Assembly: GCF_006345805.1 (NCBI RefSeq)
Contig: NC_043002.1
Coordinates: 37,696,001-37,760,000, forward strand
Direction of reading: 5' to 3'
Source of the DNA: Octopus sinensis
Lineage: Eukaryota
DNA: 64,000 nt
The notes below the pieces were generated by a model that saw nothing but the letters and a program-made list of their open reading frames with translations, made no database searches and had not been told where the DNA came from. This document shows positions 1 to 15,020 of this stretch, piece by piece; the stretch's first letter is position 1; each line of letters starts with the position of its first letter. A program made the position numbers and the translations under genes.

Positions 1-12
1 CTGCTGCTGCTG

Positions 13-54
<42 letters not shown>

Positions 55-195
55 GTACTGCTGCTGCTGCTGCTCCGCTGCTGTTATTACTACTATTACT
101 AAAACTACTACTATCACCATCACCGCTACTGCCGCTGCTGCCTCAGTTGATGATGACGATGATGATGATGGTAATAATAATGATGATGATAATGA
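1..195. repeat. Compound trinucleotide microsatellite (CTG/CTA/GAT/AAT)
   Basis: Direct reading: (ctg)n, (cta)n, then (gat)n/(aat)n tracts; explains ORF 52..342. Confidence 0.9.
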
Positions 196-559
196 TGAAA
201 TTAGTAAATAAAAACAGAGACAACGACGAAACGTAAACAAATACGCAAAGATTAAATATTTCCTTTTAACAAAATATCTGTAGTTCACTTGAAAATTCCT
301 GTAGTAGAAAGAAAATAAAATGCTAACTAGAGTGAAATCCACGTAACCATGGTAACAAGATTTCTAGAAAGTCAATCATTGCGTTGTTGGTATTCAGCGA
401 GTTGATGATGAATCGCTCGCATTATTTCTAAAAAGATGATTTCTATATGAAGCCGCAAGAGAAATATACTTTCGATTCGAATAGAAAAGTCCAGAATAGT
501 GAGAATTATAACTATTACCAGGAACAGCAGTACCACCAATACTTTAAAAATAACAACCG

Positions 560-576
560 TAAATAATAATAATAAC

Positions 577-622
<46 letters not shown>
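560..622. repeat. (AAT)n microsatellite
   Basis: Near-perfect aat repeat; source of the poly-Leu ORF 372..641. Confidence 0.95.
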
Positions 623-1011
623 TTACAGACGTTAAAACCAAATAGTATGAAGAGGAATTATAGCAATAACATTGGCTGTGTTACTAAAAGCAATGGTAAT
701 AGACATTAGTATGGTCTGATAGTATAAAACTAAAATATATTAACGGTAACAACTACATTAACAGGAAATTGTGTCTCAATAAATGAATAAAAAAATGCTT
801 TTTTTTCTTTACTTTTCCCTTTTCTATTTGTTTTGCAGGCATCATGGAAAAAAAGTGGAATTAATATAAAGCATTATAAAAGCAAGCAAAGAACGGGGTC
901 TAATATGTATGTATGTATTATGTACGTATGTAAATTTGAATTCACGTAGTTATGTATGTACGTATGCTGGTACATATGTACGTATGTGCGTACAGACGTA
1001 CGTACTTATAT

Positions 1012-1242
1012 ATTTCTTTATTGCCCACAAGGGGCTAAATATAGAGGGGACAAACAAGGACAGACAAACGGATTAAGTCGATTATATCGACCCCAGTGCG
1101 TAACTGGTGCTTGATTTATCGACCCCGAAAGGATGAAAGGCAAAGTCGACCTCGGCGGAATTTGAACTCAGAACGTAACGGCAGACGAAATACGGCTACG
1201 CATTTCGCCCGGCGTGCTAACGTTTCTGCCAGCCCACCGCCT
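1012..1242 (-). mobile_element. tRNA-derived SINE, family A, tail type 1 (Tx1-like tail)
   Basis: Reverse complement of the copies at 31122, 45522 and 57504: tRNA-like head (ggcgg..gctggcagaaacgttagcacgccgggcg; gttcaaattcc B-box), central gtcgactttgcctttcatcctttcggggtcgata domain (recalled as resembling the MetaSINE domain), tail ttgtcccctctatatttagccccttgtgggcaataaagaaata. Confidence 0.9.
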
Positions 1243-1745
1243 TTATACGTACGTACCTATATAAATATTTTAAAGCCATATTTATCAAATTCTTCACCAA
1301 TGGCGAAAGATCCGGTTTCTATTCTAGAAAGTAGATTTCTCATTGGATTTTAAACATCAACTAAGTAGCTGTGTATGCATGCTTACATGCACGTAAGAAT
1401 GTGTGAAAGGATGAAAGTGTACGTGTGAATACATACATATGTACATACATACGTATATATATATGTGTGTGTTTGTGTGTGCGCGCGTGCGTGTGTATGT
1501 ATGTATGTATGTGTGTGTGTGTGCATATATATAATTTTCTGCATTAGTGGGTATATATCAATTAGTGTGTTGAGCAAAGCACTTTCACTGTTTGGGCGAC
1601 CTGGTGTCATCCACATTTGGGGTATGTTTTTCCGTAGGATTTACTTCAGGAATTCCAATATGTAAGTGGAGATAATGATAATTGATGAAGGAAACGGAAG
1701 ATGGATTTGGCATCCAATTGCATCCAAGTGCATCCAATTGCGTTG

Positions 1746-2350
1746 CATCGATCAGTGCAGTCTGGGTCTCATCAGGTACATGCATACATAAAGTGGTGTC
1801 CTGCTAAATATACTGAGTTCTCGCAGGCATGTCATTGTTTACCCGCTCTATCCTCGTTATAACCAGTGAATGGGGCAAGCTACAATTGTCCTTAAATATT
1901 AGTCATAACAAAATAATCATAACGGACAGAGTCAAGACTATTGAAAAGGTTGCAAGGCGCAACGAAAATTTTAGGAAAATAAAATTATGAAATAAGTGGA
2001 AATTTCACCGGTGAGTTTGTTACATTATAAGGCACAAAAAGAAAATGACTCTCCCCAGACAACAACATAACCATAAAGTTATAAAAAAATAAAAAATAAA
2101 AACAATAGAGAGCAAGACACATTAATGAAAGATTAGATTACATTAAGTTTAAAGAGAGAGAGTCTACACTTTCTAACATGAACAGATGCGCAGGCGTACA
2201 CACACACACACACACAGAACTTAGTATATTTAGCGAGACACCACTCTATGTATGCATGTACCTGATGTGAGCCAGACTGCCCTGATCGACGTACAACTTC
2301 CCACCCATAAAAGAACAATCGCGGGAGGGGTCGAAACGATCGTCATGTTG
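1746..2350. mobile_element. Decayed PLE-type pseudo-LTR remnant with inverted arms (1746-1821 vs 2216-2291)
   Basis: About 75-bp arms are reverse complements; they contain hammerhead core halves (CTGATGA-GACCC on minus at 1764-1775; GGGTC-GAAA-CGATCG-TC at 2328-2344). Confidence 0.55.
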
Positions 2351-2391
2351 AATAAAGACTAGTATCAAATCTATCTCCCATTTCCTTCATC

Positions 2392-2447
<56 letters not shown>

Positions 2448-2607
2448 ATCTATATATATATATACTGTTGTGTCTGGGGAGAGTTTCTCTTTTGGTGCCT
2501 TATAATTTAACACACTTACTGGTAAATCTTCCACTTATTTATTTTATATTTTTCTAAAATTTTCGTTGCGTCTTGCAACCTTTTCAATAGTTTTGACTCT
2601 GTCCGTT
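1921..2607. repeat. Inverted repeat pair (~150-bp arms 1921-2069 and 2461-2607)
   Basis: aacggacagagtcaagactattgaaaaggttgcaag... is the reverse complement of ...cttgcaaccttttcaatagttttgactctgtccgtt; right arm abuts (TA)n. Confidence 0.8.
2262..2344 (+). ncRNA. Degenerate type I hammerhead ribozyme motif
   Basis: CTGATG(T)...GGGTC GAAA CGATCG TC; palindromic stem III and GUC site; the core A is mutated here but intact in the inverted partial copy at 1769-1775; stem I pairing is poor. Confidence 0.45.
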
Positions 2608-2927
2608 ACTCACACTGCGTACCTTTTTGCTTGCTTGTGCTCATGTGTGTGTGTGTCAGTGTCTGTATTTTGCAACTATGTACCGTGTTTGTATGTATGG
2701 ATGTGTATCTCCATATATGTGGATATGCGTCTCCATATGTGTCCTTGTGCGAAGTAAAGTGTGTGTGTATATATGGTCATGTGTTTCAGTCTTCATTTGC
2801 GTATGTGTGCTTGTTTGTTCATATAACCTGTCTATTGATCTATTTACTTTCATATCTATACGCTTACATACATGTGCATATACATATATATTCATACACC
2901 CCCACACACATACATACGTCTATCTAC

Positions 2928-2959
<32 letters not shown>

Positions 2960-3330
2960 CCACAAACACATACATACATACATGCATACATACATCTATA
3001 TACATAACATCCCATAGTTTCAGGTTAACATATAACAGTCATAGTTTCAGGTGAGCAAAGAACAAACACTTTAGTTCTTACTAACCTGTCTTTTGTGTTT
3101 CCAGCTTATAGCAAGCACAATTTTCGCCAAAATACCAAGAATACTTAGTGCTAAAAGGTCAAATTAAAATTTTTGTTGTTATTCATCTATATGCTATTAT
3201 CCACTCTATTGCTGAGTAATTCTAAATCACCATTTTCCTAATCTGCAACGTTTCTGGTAAACTTTCTCTTTCCTACTCTTTCACTCCTACCCTCTCTCTC
3301 ACACACACGCTCTCTCTCTCAGCCTCTCTA

Positions 3331-3606
<276 letters not shown>

Positions 3607-3705
3607 ACAGGTGACAGTTTGCATGAAAGGAAAAGAAAATATGCCTTCCCAAAAAATCATTTAAAAACAGAAAACGTCAACCAGATTATGACTGAGTGAT
3701 AACGG

Positions 3706-3756
3706 TTACTCAGAGTAGCGGCCCTTAGCTTCCAGCATGACCTCAAGACGGGGCCA
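3706..3756 (-). pseudogene. Tc1/mariner transposase C-terminal remnant
   Basis: Minus-strand translation WPRLEVMLEAKGRYSE* resembles the C-terminus CARFRGHLQAVLETEGDYIQ* of the remnant at 56850-57489. Confidence 0.45.
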
Positions 3757-4654
3757 CCAACATGGCGTTAATATTTCAGGGATTAGACGCATCTCGGCCT
3801 TGTATATTATTCATGGCTTCAAAATCGAAGGAGAGAGATTATAATTCCAAAGAAGTATATGACTATATCAGTGAATCAAAAACGTAGAATATTATGAGTT
3901 TTGATGCCAACGATTGGGTGAGGAGATTTTGTCTTAAAAAGCAATGTTCACACATATGCACAACTTAGGTCAATCTCACCGAATTTCTGGAGCCCATGCG
4001 ATCATATTAACCATTTATTGTTATCACTATTATTCAAATTCTTTTTGCTGGCTAATTACAATTTAGCTTTGAATAAGCACAACTGCGATACAACAATGAT
4101 CCCCTTGGTTTTCACCGGTGCACAATGTGCCTAAGAGTACATCATCCAATGTTTCTTTCTACTTGAAAGTTTCCGTTATTGTTTAACTCCAGTTGAGCTT
4201 TAAATGTGTGGACCTATGATTAAAAGTAATCCTACTGCGTTCACATAGGGGTAGCATATTAATAAGTATGTTAGTCAATGAGTCTTCAGGAAGATAATAC
4301 ATGATTTATAGGAGATGTAGCTGCTATTTCTAGCAGGTTAAGAGCGAGCAGTTAGTTTCGCACTGTTGTCGTTTAGCAAGTGATAAGTTCTTTTCTAATA
4401 GAAATATGATCAAAGGTATTACAGCTGAGAATATATATTTTCTTTTGAGAGTGAGCTTAGGACACCGATCATTAAGGCATTCCAGTCATGATCACCCATC
4501 TTAAGTTCAGACATAGGATAACTGTCGCCCTATATGCACTATGTAGTCTCCTTTCTTAAAGATTGGTGATCGTGATTCGAGGCAGATTTAGTAGCCATTT
4601 TATACAATAGATCCAGCTACTGTCATTGGTTGTGTCAAGATTATTGTCATCATT

Positions 4655-4868
4655 AAGGCTACGATCTGGTAGAATCGTTAGCATGCCGGGCAAAATGCTT
4701 TGCGGTATATCCCCCGTCTTTACGTTCGGTGTTCAAATACTGCCGAGGTCGACTTTGCCCTTCAACCTTTAGGGGTCCATAAATGAAGTACCAGTTGAAT
4801 ACTGGGATCAATGTAATCGACTTAGCCCCTCAACCGAAATTGCTGGCCTTGTGCCAAAATTTGAAATT
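4655..4868 (+). mobile_element. tRNA-derived SINE, family A, tail type 2
   Basis: Same head and central domain as family A; different tail ...gaaattgctggccttgtgccaaaatttgaaa. Confidence 0.8.
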
Positions 4869-6915
4869 ACTATTACTGTAATCGTTGCTCTCACCGTTTT
4901 GTTGCTGTTGCTGCTGATGCAACCCTTTATATTGTCTTTGTGCTACTGTAGTGTCGTATTAATAATTCTGCTGTTATTTCTCTAAGACCCCACTCGTCCG
5001 ACTATCCTTTCCTTACAACTTGTTTACATGAATGTTTAACATTCTCCTCGTTATAAACTTTACAATTTATATGAGTCTTGCTGCAAATATAATTTGTGTT
5101 CTCGTTTCTGGTTTTGTTTGTGCAGATAATGTTGACTTTGCTTTCGTTGCTCGTTATAACACTTCTTTGGTATACATTTTGTTGCTGTCATTCTTCTTGT
5201 CAGTTTTATTGTTGCTTGTTATTGCTTTCGGATATTATTACAATGCATTACATTTCTTTTCCATTGTAGTCTCAATTTATTGTTGCAGCAGATTCTCATA
5301 TATAAATATACACCGCTGCTTCTCTCACAGCGTTCCAGAATAATTTTTGTCATCGTGTTGTCCACAAAATTATCACTCATATTTTCCCCTAAAGCGAAAA
5401 CAATGCCGATAACAACTGCTAATACTGTAATATCTATAGGAAGATAAAACACTGAAAATCTTGAAATGTCAGTGGGATTGTGAATTTATTGTTCTAAGCG
5501 GAACAATGTTTCATAACGGAAAACGGAAACGCCTTAGGAAAACAGCTATACTCATCTTTTCAACAGCATATTTCTTACAGATAACCACTCCAGTTACATA
5601 GATATTTATGTATAATTTTATTACATAGAATCTTTCATATTTCCTAGTGGTAATTTCCGTAACTATAAATATTTAAAAATTTATAGCCCAATCATTATAA
5701 ACATTTAACTAATTTCTCTGAAAAATATCCAATCAAATTTTATATGGAACAATATCCTTACAATTATTTCATAATTCTACCAAATATGCATTTTTTAGAC
5801 GACTTACTTTAAATATACAATGAGATTCGTGTTTCCCTTTTTTTACAATGTTTTCTTTCTCTTATTTCCTTCGTGCTAACATTTTGTTAACGTTCTTCAG
5901 TTGATTGTCCTTTGATAATTGGGATTACTGATGTTTTGTTCTTGGTGTTGTGGTTGTTTCTCATTTAACACTTTCTAATACCGATTATCGATTAATGTTG
6001 CATTTAAATGACAATAAAATCTCATTTAGCAGGTTTTTATACGAATCTGTAATTCTGTTCACGCAACAAGACCAATTTCAACATAATTTCACGATTTATG
6101 CTCTTAATCACAGAACTAAAAACAGTTTCAATTTGGGAGAAAGGGAGAGGAAGAAAGAGAGAGAAAGAAAGAGAGAGAGAACTAAAAAGGAATTTAAACA
6201 AAATACAGAATCATCGAAATGGAAGAATATTCTGTCTCTAACGTCGTCGTTTTCAGTATTTGACAGTTTGTTTCGCCTGCTTGTCTAAATATATTTACGT
6301 ATCCGATTATATTTTGCTGTTTATGTTTTTATCATTGTATGCCTGTCTGCATCTGTATTGTTTCATCGTTTTCTTATTGATTTTTACCAATGAATACTCT
6401 TTCGTGACTTGGCTGGGATGGGAGGGCTAAGTAAATTTCTATCCAGTGTTCATTGTACAGTTCGCGGAATCGCATTATCCACACAAGAAAGGTTCATAAT
6501 GTACAGAGTCATAAATGATTGATCCCAACTGGTATGTTTGAAATAAACAAAATTCATGATTGGACGTTAAATAAGTATTTTCTGGAATCACGTATGTCCA
6601 AAACTGTAATTGTAAGACCGCGAGACATGGAAAGTTACGGAGTGCAAGAAAGATATATAGAATTAAAATTTTAGAATTTCTCTTCTAAAATGATAGGACA
6701 AATGAAATGCTGATTAGAAATTCGTATGAAATCACATGATTTATGAAGGAAAGGAAACTGCAGACGAAATGAATTTTTAAAAAAATGTGAAAGAAGTGTC
6801 TTGGGAAACTTATGTTGGTCATCTCGGTAAAAATATTTAGTGAAATTTGCGAATTTGAATAAGTTTATACTCCATGGGACGAGGAGCTATTGTCCTGCGA
6901 AGTGGAGTCCTTTAT

Positions 6916-6951
<36 letters not shown>

Positions 6952-9900
6952 GGGGTAGAAGGGGCTAAAGGGAAACGTCTTTCAATTAAAATTCTCTGAG
7001 AAAACTGCTTTCTCTCGGGTAAAAACAAGAGGAATAATTACATTTTCTTGTATTTACAAAATCGCTTGAAGGTTAGAAATGAAGCCATTTTGTTAGATAG
7101 ATAGTGTATGATATAGCCTATTACCACACATATGTTATTAACCTTAAGAATATTGAAAATGAAGTCCACGATGGTAGAGTTCGGATACGGGATCGAAGAA
7201 TATCAGCTTGAAATTGCAAGGCATTTAATATTCCCCTTTATCTTCTGCACAATCTTTTCCATAACATCGATAGTAGAAAACCAGTAAATACCCGGATAGA
7301 GTAAACAAACTGACAGCAGAAAATCGTAGAATGGTTTTGTTTTAATCTCTGTAATTTTATGGCAGTCGACCCTTATCTTTCTGAGTGGTTTCTGCGCGTT
7401 TCTTACCAAATTAATTTGTTGCGCTATGAAACAAGGCTACAGCTTTACATTTAGTATCAACACTAATTTGTATTACTTGGTGCGTTAGGAGCTGAGATAA
7501 AAAGATGAATGTTTTTCTTGTTTTGTTGAAGATAAAAGATGTATTATAACCTTTTCGCTGTCTGACGAAGCAAATTCCAATACTTCAAAATTTACCCCAA
7601 CTTTCGCAGTCAATTGAAAATCCCATTTTACAGACTTTTTGAATACTTAAAAATATAATTTTTAAAATATTTACCTTGATAGAAATTTAATCGTGTTCAG
7701 GAAGGCTTTAAAAAGAAGAAGGCATTGCTCTTTACATGCACTTTTGTTACCTGTCGCTGAACTTTGAACCCTTTTTAATGGCTTGGTCAGAGAAGGAAAA
7801 GCACCGTCAATTACCAAATTTCAGGATCTCCGGGACGCGTGAGAGATAGACAGACAGATAGATAGATAGTGAGAGAGAGGAGGGGGGAGGAAATATAATC
7901 TTCTAACTAGAGACTTGACTCAAGTGCTAACAACATAAACCTCCATAAAGACGCCCGGGGGATATGTGGTGCTGTTAACCGGGGCGATTAAGTCAGCTAT
8001 ATTTAACTAGTCAAGTTAAATTGCTACTTTCCGTTGGCTAATTATGGATACGTTAACTGACTCATCTACAAGGCAGTCTCCTTACCCTTATAACCAACCA
8101 TTGCTAAAACTTCATAATAGTAATTAAACGAGTGTAAATACCTGGAGATAAGTCACATATTCCCAATACTGCAATCCCGTGTGTTTATAGGCTAAGCGTG
8201 AAGGAGCATGCTTGAAATAGGAAAGATAGCTATAGATTGTTGGAGTAAATTAGGCACTTTAAAAGTTTAAATGCAAGGCATGACTGCATATTGTTCTACG
8301 AGCTTGGCAACAAGAGTATTTCTGTATTGAAAATAGGTCCAGCTTTTGGTTAAACGTCTGCCTATTGTCCTCAGTTTAAAACTCGAAAAATACAGCCTGA
8401 GTGTTGCAGTCAAATGTCAAGTTTAATATCAAATACTAATTACAACAAAATGATCAAATCCTGCTAAAAAAATGATTTACTTGTGTGCAATAGTTCTACA
8501 CATATATTTGTTACAGTTAAAGGTTTTCCTCAGCCAATTTTTCATTCCTACACCATCAAATCTTATATTTTGGTGGGGTGTATTTCCTCATCGTATCCAT
8601 ATAGATAATCCATCCAGTGCAGGCTGAATACATCGAAAAATAGACTGTATGCTTCTATATATGCTTCATGTAACTGACCTGCTCATGTGCAGACTAAACA
8701 CTCTATAAAGAAAGAATGCAGTCACGAAATGCGAAAGAAGTGAAAGGATATTTCCTGTGCATTTTATTTTCATGACGAATTTTGGGCCCGGTGTTAAAAT
8801 AATCTTTATCTGGTTTGCAGTTGAAATTCATACGGAGCAGGAATATATTTTAAAGCTAGAAACTTGTATTTTTTCGAATGAAAATAAAGAATGGACGTTT
8901 CTCCCTTCTTATTTACGATGTTATTTGGCAGGGCCGTGCGTCAAGCTTTTGAGATCACACAAGCTGAAATTACACACATGCCCATTGTATACTTATCCCT
9001 TTGAGGCTATGTTAACTTCGAGGTACGATCTCTTTTTCTCTGTCTTTCAATTGCCACTAATACTCTGCTAATGAAGTGGGGACGGTTTACTCCTGTACCT
9101 GAACACATGAATCGAGAGCTTGAATGAATTTTCGATTAGCATCATATATGACTTAATTTCGTGCAGTTAGAAGCTTCTGTATCAGATCTGTAAACGAGTT
9201 TCTTCAAGACGAATTTATTGCTAAGAGGGCAATTAATTATATTTGCACAGTTACATAAGTGCTATTTTGGCTGCATAGTGCTTTTGGATACTTTATTGAG
9301 ACTGACATTTTGTGACTCTATATTATCTAAACAACTATATCTTATTTTAAACCAATTTCCATAAAAAATTTTGTCGTATATATGAGAGGCAGAAAAGTGT
9401 GTTCTTAATAAAATTAGGAAGTATCTTATATATTTTCAGAAATGATTATACTGAACAGATGTTAAATTAGATGGTCTCTATGTAAGATCGAATTAACATC
9501 TTTCACTGTTTTTTTTTGTATTGTATATAGGCTGACAAAACTCAATATTTCTGCGTTTCTATCTAGTTCATACTAAGTTCTACATACACGTATGAATTTC
9601 TAGAACATACAACAGATATCAAATATTAGCTCATTTTAAAATTTCGTTAAGATTGTTAAATATCACATTTTTATAAGCGTGATTAAATTATATTCGTAAT
9701 TTTCTGTCTTCGATTTTTTGTTGATAATCGTGTTAGTTATAAAAAAAAAATTGCCATACGTTCAATGTATCTCTACCGAAAGAGAATACCTACAAATTCA
9801 TACGACTTCCAACTCATACCCTTTAGTCGTCTTAATAAGTCACTTAGTTTGGAGTTTGTTAAGGTTTATTTTTTTACTTTAATTATTAAATATTTACTTT

Positions 9901-11740
9901 AATATTTCGTAGATGTAAAAGCTCGAAAAATTTAGGCCATATTTGTTTAGATATCCTTGTGATTACTTATTTAAAAAATAACATTTGCAAAGGTAAGATT
10001 CTACATGTATTTTTGAAAACAATATGTTACAGTCGATGTTCACTTTCGGAAACTCCAACATTTGTTGCTTTTTGATAAAGTTTTTATGAATAATTATATT
10101 TCATAAAATATTAGCATTAATCACACACACACATATTCATAAATAGATACATACATACCTATATACATACCTATATATATATATATGCGTAAGCATACAC
10201 GTATACATGTATATATATACTCGTATGTGGGTGTGTGTATGTATGCACTTTTAAAATGCAGTCTTCCTTGAAGGCAGTTAACTTGAATCTGATATTCCCA
10301 GTCATACGGTTTCCCACCCATGGGTTTATCCCTCGAAATCTTTTGCATTCAATGTGCAAGCACTTAACAACTAAACTCCCAATCCTCCTTTCAGGATTAC
10401 ATGAAACCGCAGCAAGATACCTCAATTAGACCATTCCTACTTGTAATCGATCAATTTCCTCAAATATTATTATTTTGGCAATCATGATAATCATACTCGT
10501 GCTTATACGAAAAGTATCTCACGAATTCCGGGATGCTGCTACGGTGAAAAATTGAAATTTTGATCACAGAATCTTCAACCTTAATTCTGCTTCCTGTAAT
10601 ATCATGTAACATCATATTTCTTCCTCTCATCTTCCGACAACTCACTGATTACTTTCACTGCCATTACTTTGATGCATACATACACGCCCATAATAACATA
10701 TCTATATAGGCACATGTGCACGCATTTTTGTGTGAATGTATGTGTGTGATATACATGCATGCATATATATATATGCACCTTGACATACACAGTCACTCAG
10801 GTGTACATATGCGTTAGAAGGTGTGTGTTTGTGTGAGCCTGCGCGTGTGCACGCGCGATTGTGTTTTTATGTATGTAGACATTTGTTTCGTCTTTCTTTG
10901 ATCATAAAAATGTACTGAATTGCTGCTACAGAAAATGAGAATGAACTAAAGAAAATATATGTCTTCATAAAGAAATTCTCATCTGTTTTGTTATTCTTAT
11001 ACGCAATATACATACATAAATACACACACACACACACACACAATGATTTTTTACCCGCAATTTTCTCCTTTGATTTTGTGTTTTCCTTCGTTCATCATTT
11101 TGTTCGTTTAACTCAAAGAATAATACGCCTATCAAGCTGAGTAATAATCATTATTCGCATCAAAGTTTTTATTTACTTCCCTTCAGATTATTTACTTGTG
11201 ATGAGGAAGGTAATTCTACCTCTCTATGAACGTACTCGTGCTTATCTCATTTTTGATGTCGGTGGGTTATAGATCGCTATATAATGTTGAGTTTTTCCTT
11301 CAAATAGTGTATGTTGAATATTGAGTACAAAGTAATTTAACATGGTCTATTGAAAAGGCGACATGCAAGTTTTCAACTAACGTTTATATCTCCATTACTT
11401 TCTTGCAGCTACGAGATAGATTACGATTTTTCAGACTTAGAACTCTTCAAAAGAATTTTACACGATAGTAATTTTCTTACGTGAAACTTAATGGCATCAT
11501 GATATCTGATAGACTTTTACTAGAACTAACCAACAGCATTTTTAGGATCAGTAAAAGATAAATTCACATTTTAAATTATTTTACTTACCATAAAGGAAGG
11601 AAAATGTAACCATTATGTGTAAGTAATACATTGCTCTATATATTATTCTACACATAACAAATGGCAAATCTCATATATAGGCTTACTCAATAGAACTGTA
11701 AATATGTGTTGTCTTTGGTAACATGCATAAACTGATTTTA

Positions 11741-11946
11741 AATTTTGACACAAAGCCAGCAATTTCGGGGAAAGGACTCAGTTGATTAATCCTATTCCAG
11801 TGCTCAACTGGTATTAATGTTACCGACTCCGAATGGATGAAAAGCAAGTCGACCTCAGCGAAATTTTATCTTAATGTAAAGGCAGGCGAAAAGTCGCAAA
11901 GCATTTTGCCTGGCGTACTAACGATTCTAGCCGCTTTGCCACCTTA
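11741..11946 (-). mobile_element. tRNA-derived SINE, family A, tail type 2 (diverged)
   Basis: aaattttgacacaaagccagcaatttc... to ...gcattttgcctggcgtactaacgattc matches family A in reverse. Confidence 0.75.
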
Positions 11947-12640
11947 TAACATACATATATTAATAAAAAATATATGAGCCAGCAATTCTCCCTAAAACTG
12001 CATCTCATAGAGTATATTTATGAACATGTAACATATCACTACTCTACGGCAAAGTCTAGATACACTGGTAGGGGAGTTTACGCTTTGTCCTAGATATATT
12101 CGTCTTGGGTGGAAAAGACGGAGCCAGTTCTTAAACTATAATACAAGGGACAGACATAACCCGGCTCAGCCTCTGCCCACATACAGTTGTAGGACGTCAG
12201 TGAATTGTCTCTCTAGCAACAAATGCGTTTCGAAGGAGTTGGTTTATAGAACGGATGCCCGAATTGGCAGCGGCCTGCTCCATGCAGAATATTGACATAT
12301 TTAGACATAGGTAAAAGCACAGTTCCACTAGGCTGTGAAAATATTATGAATAAGTTTTGTGTCCCTATTTAGAGCTACTTGTGACTAAACGAAGTCAAAG
12401 AGTAATAAAAAAGTTAACGAGAGATAAGCAATCTACTAGATTTCACCTGCTCTTGTTATATCTAATGTGCCCTTCTTGTGAAATGGCGCTTATTTCCCAT
12501 ATATATATTTATATATATTTATATATATATATGTATATGTATGTATATATATATATATGCGCACGCCTGCGTACGTGTGTGTATGTCTGTGTGTGTATGC
12601 GTCTGTGTACAGATGTAATGGCTGTCTGCTTGTCTGTCTG

Positions 12641-12677
<37 letters not shown>

Positions 12678-12989
12678 TTATCTATCTATCTATTTATCTA
12701 TAGATCTGATTGTTTAAGCCTATTCAATGACCTGTTACAATGGAGTTCTACGGCGCGTAACAACGGGTGAATGGGTAAAAAAACCATGCATTTGAAGACA
12801 TCAGTGGGCAGAAGTAGCGCGTAAAGATTGAAGTGAGTTCTGACAGCATTAAAGGCAACAGTAAACTATTAGTAATAATAAAATTGATAAATAACGATAA
12901 TAGTAAAATAAACAATAATAGCAATAATGATAAAAATGATGATAATAAGAGTAATAAGAAATATTATAACAACTAGAAAGTGGCAATAA

Positions 12990-13084
12990 CGAAGACATCA
13001 ATAGCAGCAACAACAGCAGCAACAACAGCAGCAGCAGCAGCAACAACAACAACAACAACAACAACAACTACTGCTACCACCACC

Positions 13085-13148
<64 letters not shown>

Positions 13149-13162
13149 ATAATAATAATAAT
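12990..13162. repeat. Compound trinucleotide tract CAG/CAA/CAC/TAC/TAA
   Basis: Direct reading; yields poly-T/poly-S/poly-L ORFs. Confidence 0.95.
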
Positions 13163-13444
13163 GATATGTCTATAAAATAAAATGATAAAATTTACAGCTA
13201 ATAATAACACAAGTAAAATCAAAATATAAAATACAAAAGCAAATGAACAGAAACACAAAAAAAATGTCAAGTTAGCTATAAGTTACAATACTAGCTTCGC
13301 GGTAAGATTATAAGGAAGAAAAAGCAAAGTAGAATGAAGTATGAAATTAAGTTTGGTAAAAACAATTAATATCTAAAACTCTGTTGATGCAATCTGCTTA
13401 TTTTATGCTGCTTTTATGTGTTTCTGTTTTAATGTGTGTTTGTA

Positions 13445-14451
13445 AAAATATATATTTTGTACATATATATATGCATGTATGTATACATGTATATATATAT
13501 ACATGTTTATATATAGATATACATATATACATATACATATACATATATACAGACACACACACACATATATATATATTATATATATATATATATGTTTATG
13601 TACATATACATATATGTATATATACATATATAAATATATATATACATATTCATATATGTATATATACATATATGTATAGATACATACATATGTATGTATA
13701 CATATGCATATATGTATGTATACATATACGTATATGTATATATACATATAGATATGTATACATATAGATATATACATTTATACATACATATATATACATA
13801 TATACATATATATACACACACACACATATATATATATATACATATATACACATATACATATATATATATACGTATACATCCTTAGCTATATATGCATTTA
13901 GCTATCTATCTATATATATATGTATATATATCTGTATATATCTATATAAGTATATATCTATCTATCTATGTATCTATCTATCTACCTATCTATCTATGTA
14001 ACGATTTTAATAACTTGTGTGAGAGTTAAACATTGAACTCAGTATATATCAATATCAATATAAATAGTAAATATAGTAAGAATGTAAGCAAGAAGTGTAT
14101 GTGTGTTTATGTAAGTAAATGTATATATTTTCAACTTTCTTATTTTGTATTTATATATTCCTGTTTTTAAAAGCAGTAAGAATGATGTAAGAAGTGTACA
14201 TATGTGCTTATATAATATGCATATATGCATATGTATATATATACGTATATATATATGTATATATATATATATAAATACATATATATGTATATATATACAT
14301 ATATATACATAAACATATACATAAACATATATGCAAATACATATGCATAACATATATATATATATATATATATATATCCATATACATATATATATATATT
14401 CATATACATACACATATATAGTCATATACATATATATGTACATTTATATAC

Positions 14452-14491
<40 letters not shown>

Positions 14492-15020
14492 CAGGTGGTG
14501 CTATTAAGTTATACATGGCCTGGACCAATCTTTAGTCTAAACATATCTAAGTTTATATATATATAAATATGCTTTTATATGTACTGTATATATGCACACA
14601 CACACACATATATATATATATATACATGTATATATACATATATATAGTTATGCATATACATATATACATATACATATACGTGTATATATAAATATATATA
14701 GATATACATATATATATATATATGAATATATATACTTATATATATAAATACACATATAAACGTATATATGTATATATGTACATATATACATGTATCTATA
14801 TACACATATAAATATATATATATACATACAAATATAAATATGCATATACATACATATATACATACATATATACATATATACACATATACATATATATATA
14901 CACACTTATATATATATATACATATGTACATATATATACATTTATATGCATGTATATATATATATACATGTAAAAGCATATATATAGATACATATATATA
15001 TAAATATATGTATACATATA
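13445..15020. repeat. Long degenerate (TA)/(CATA) low-complexity array
   Basis: About 1.5 kb dominated by TA/CATA units with a short AT-rich interruption near 13990-14200. Confidence 0.85.
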
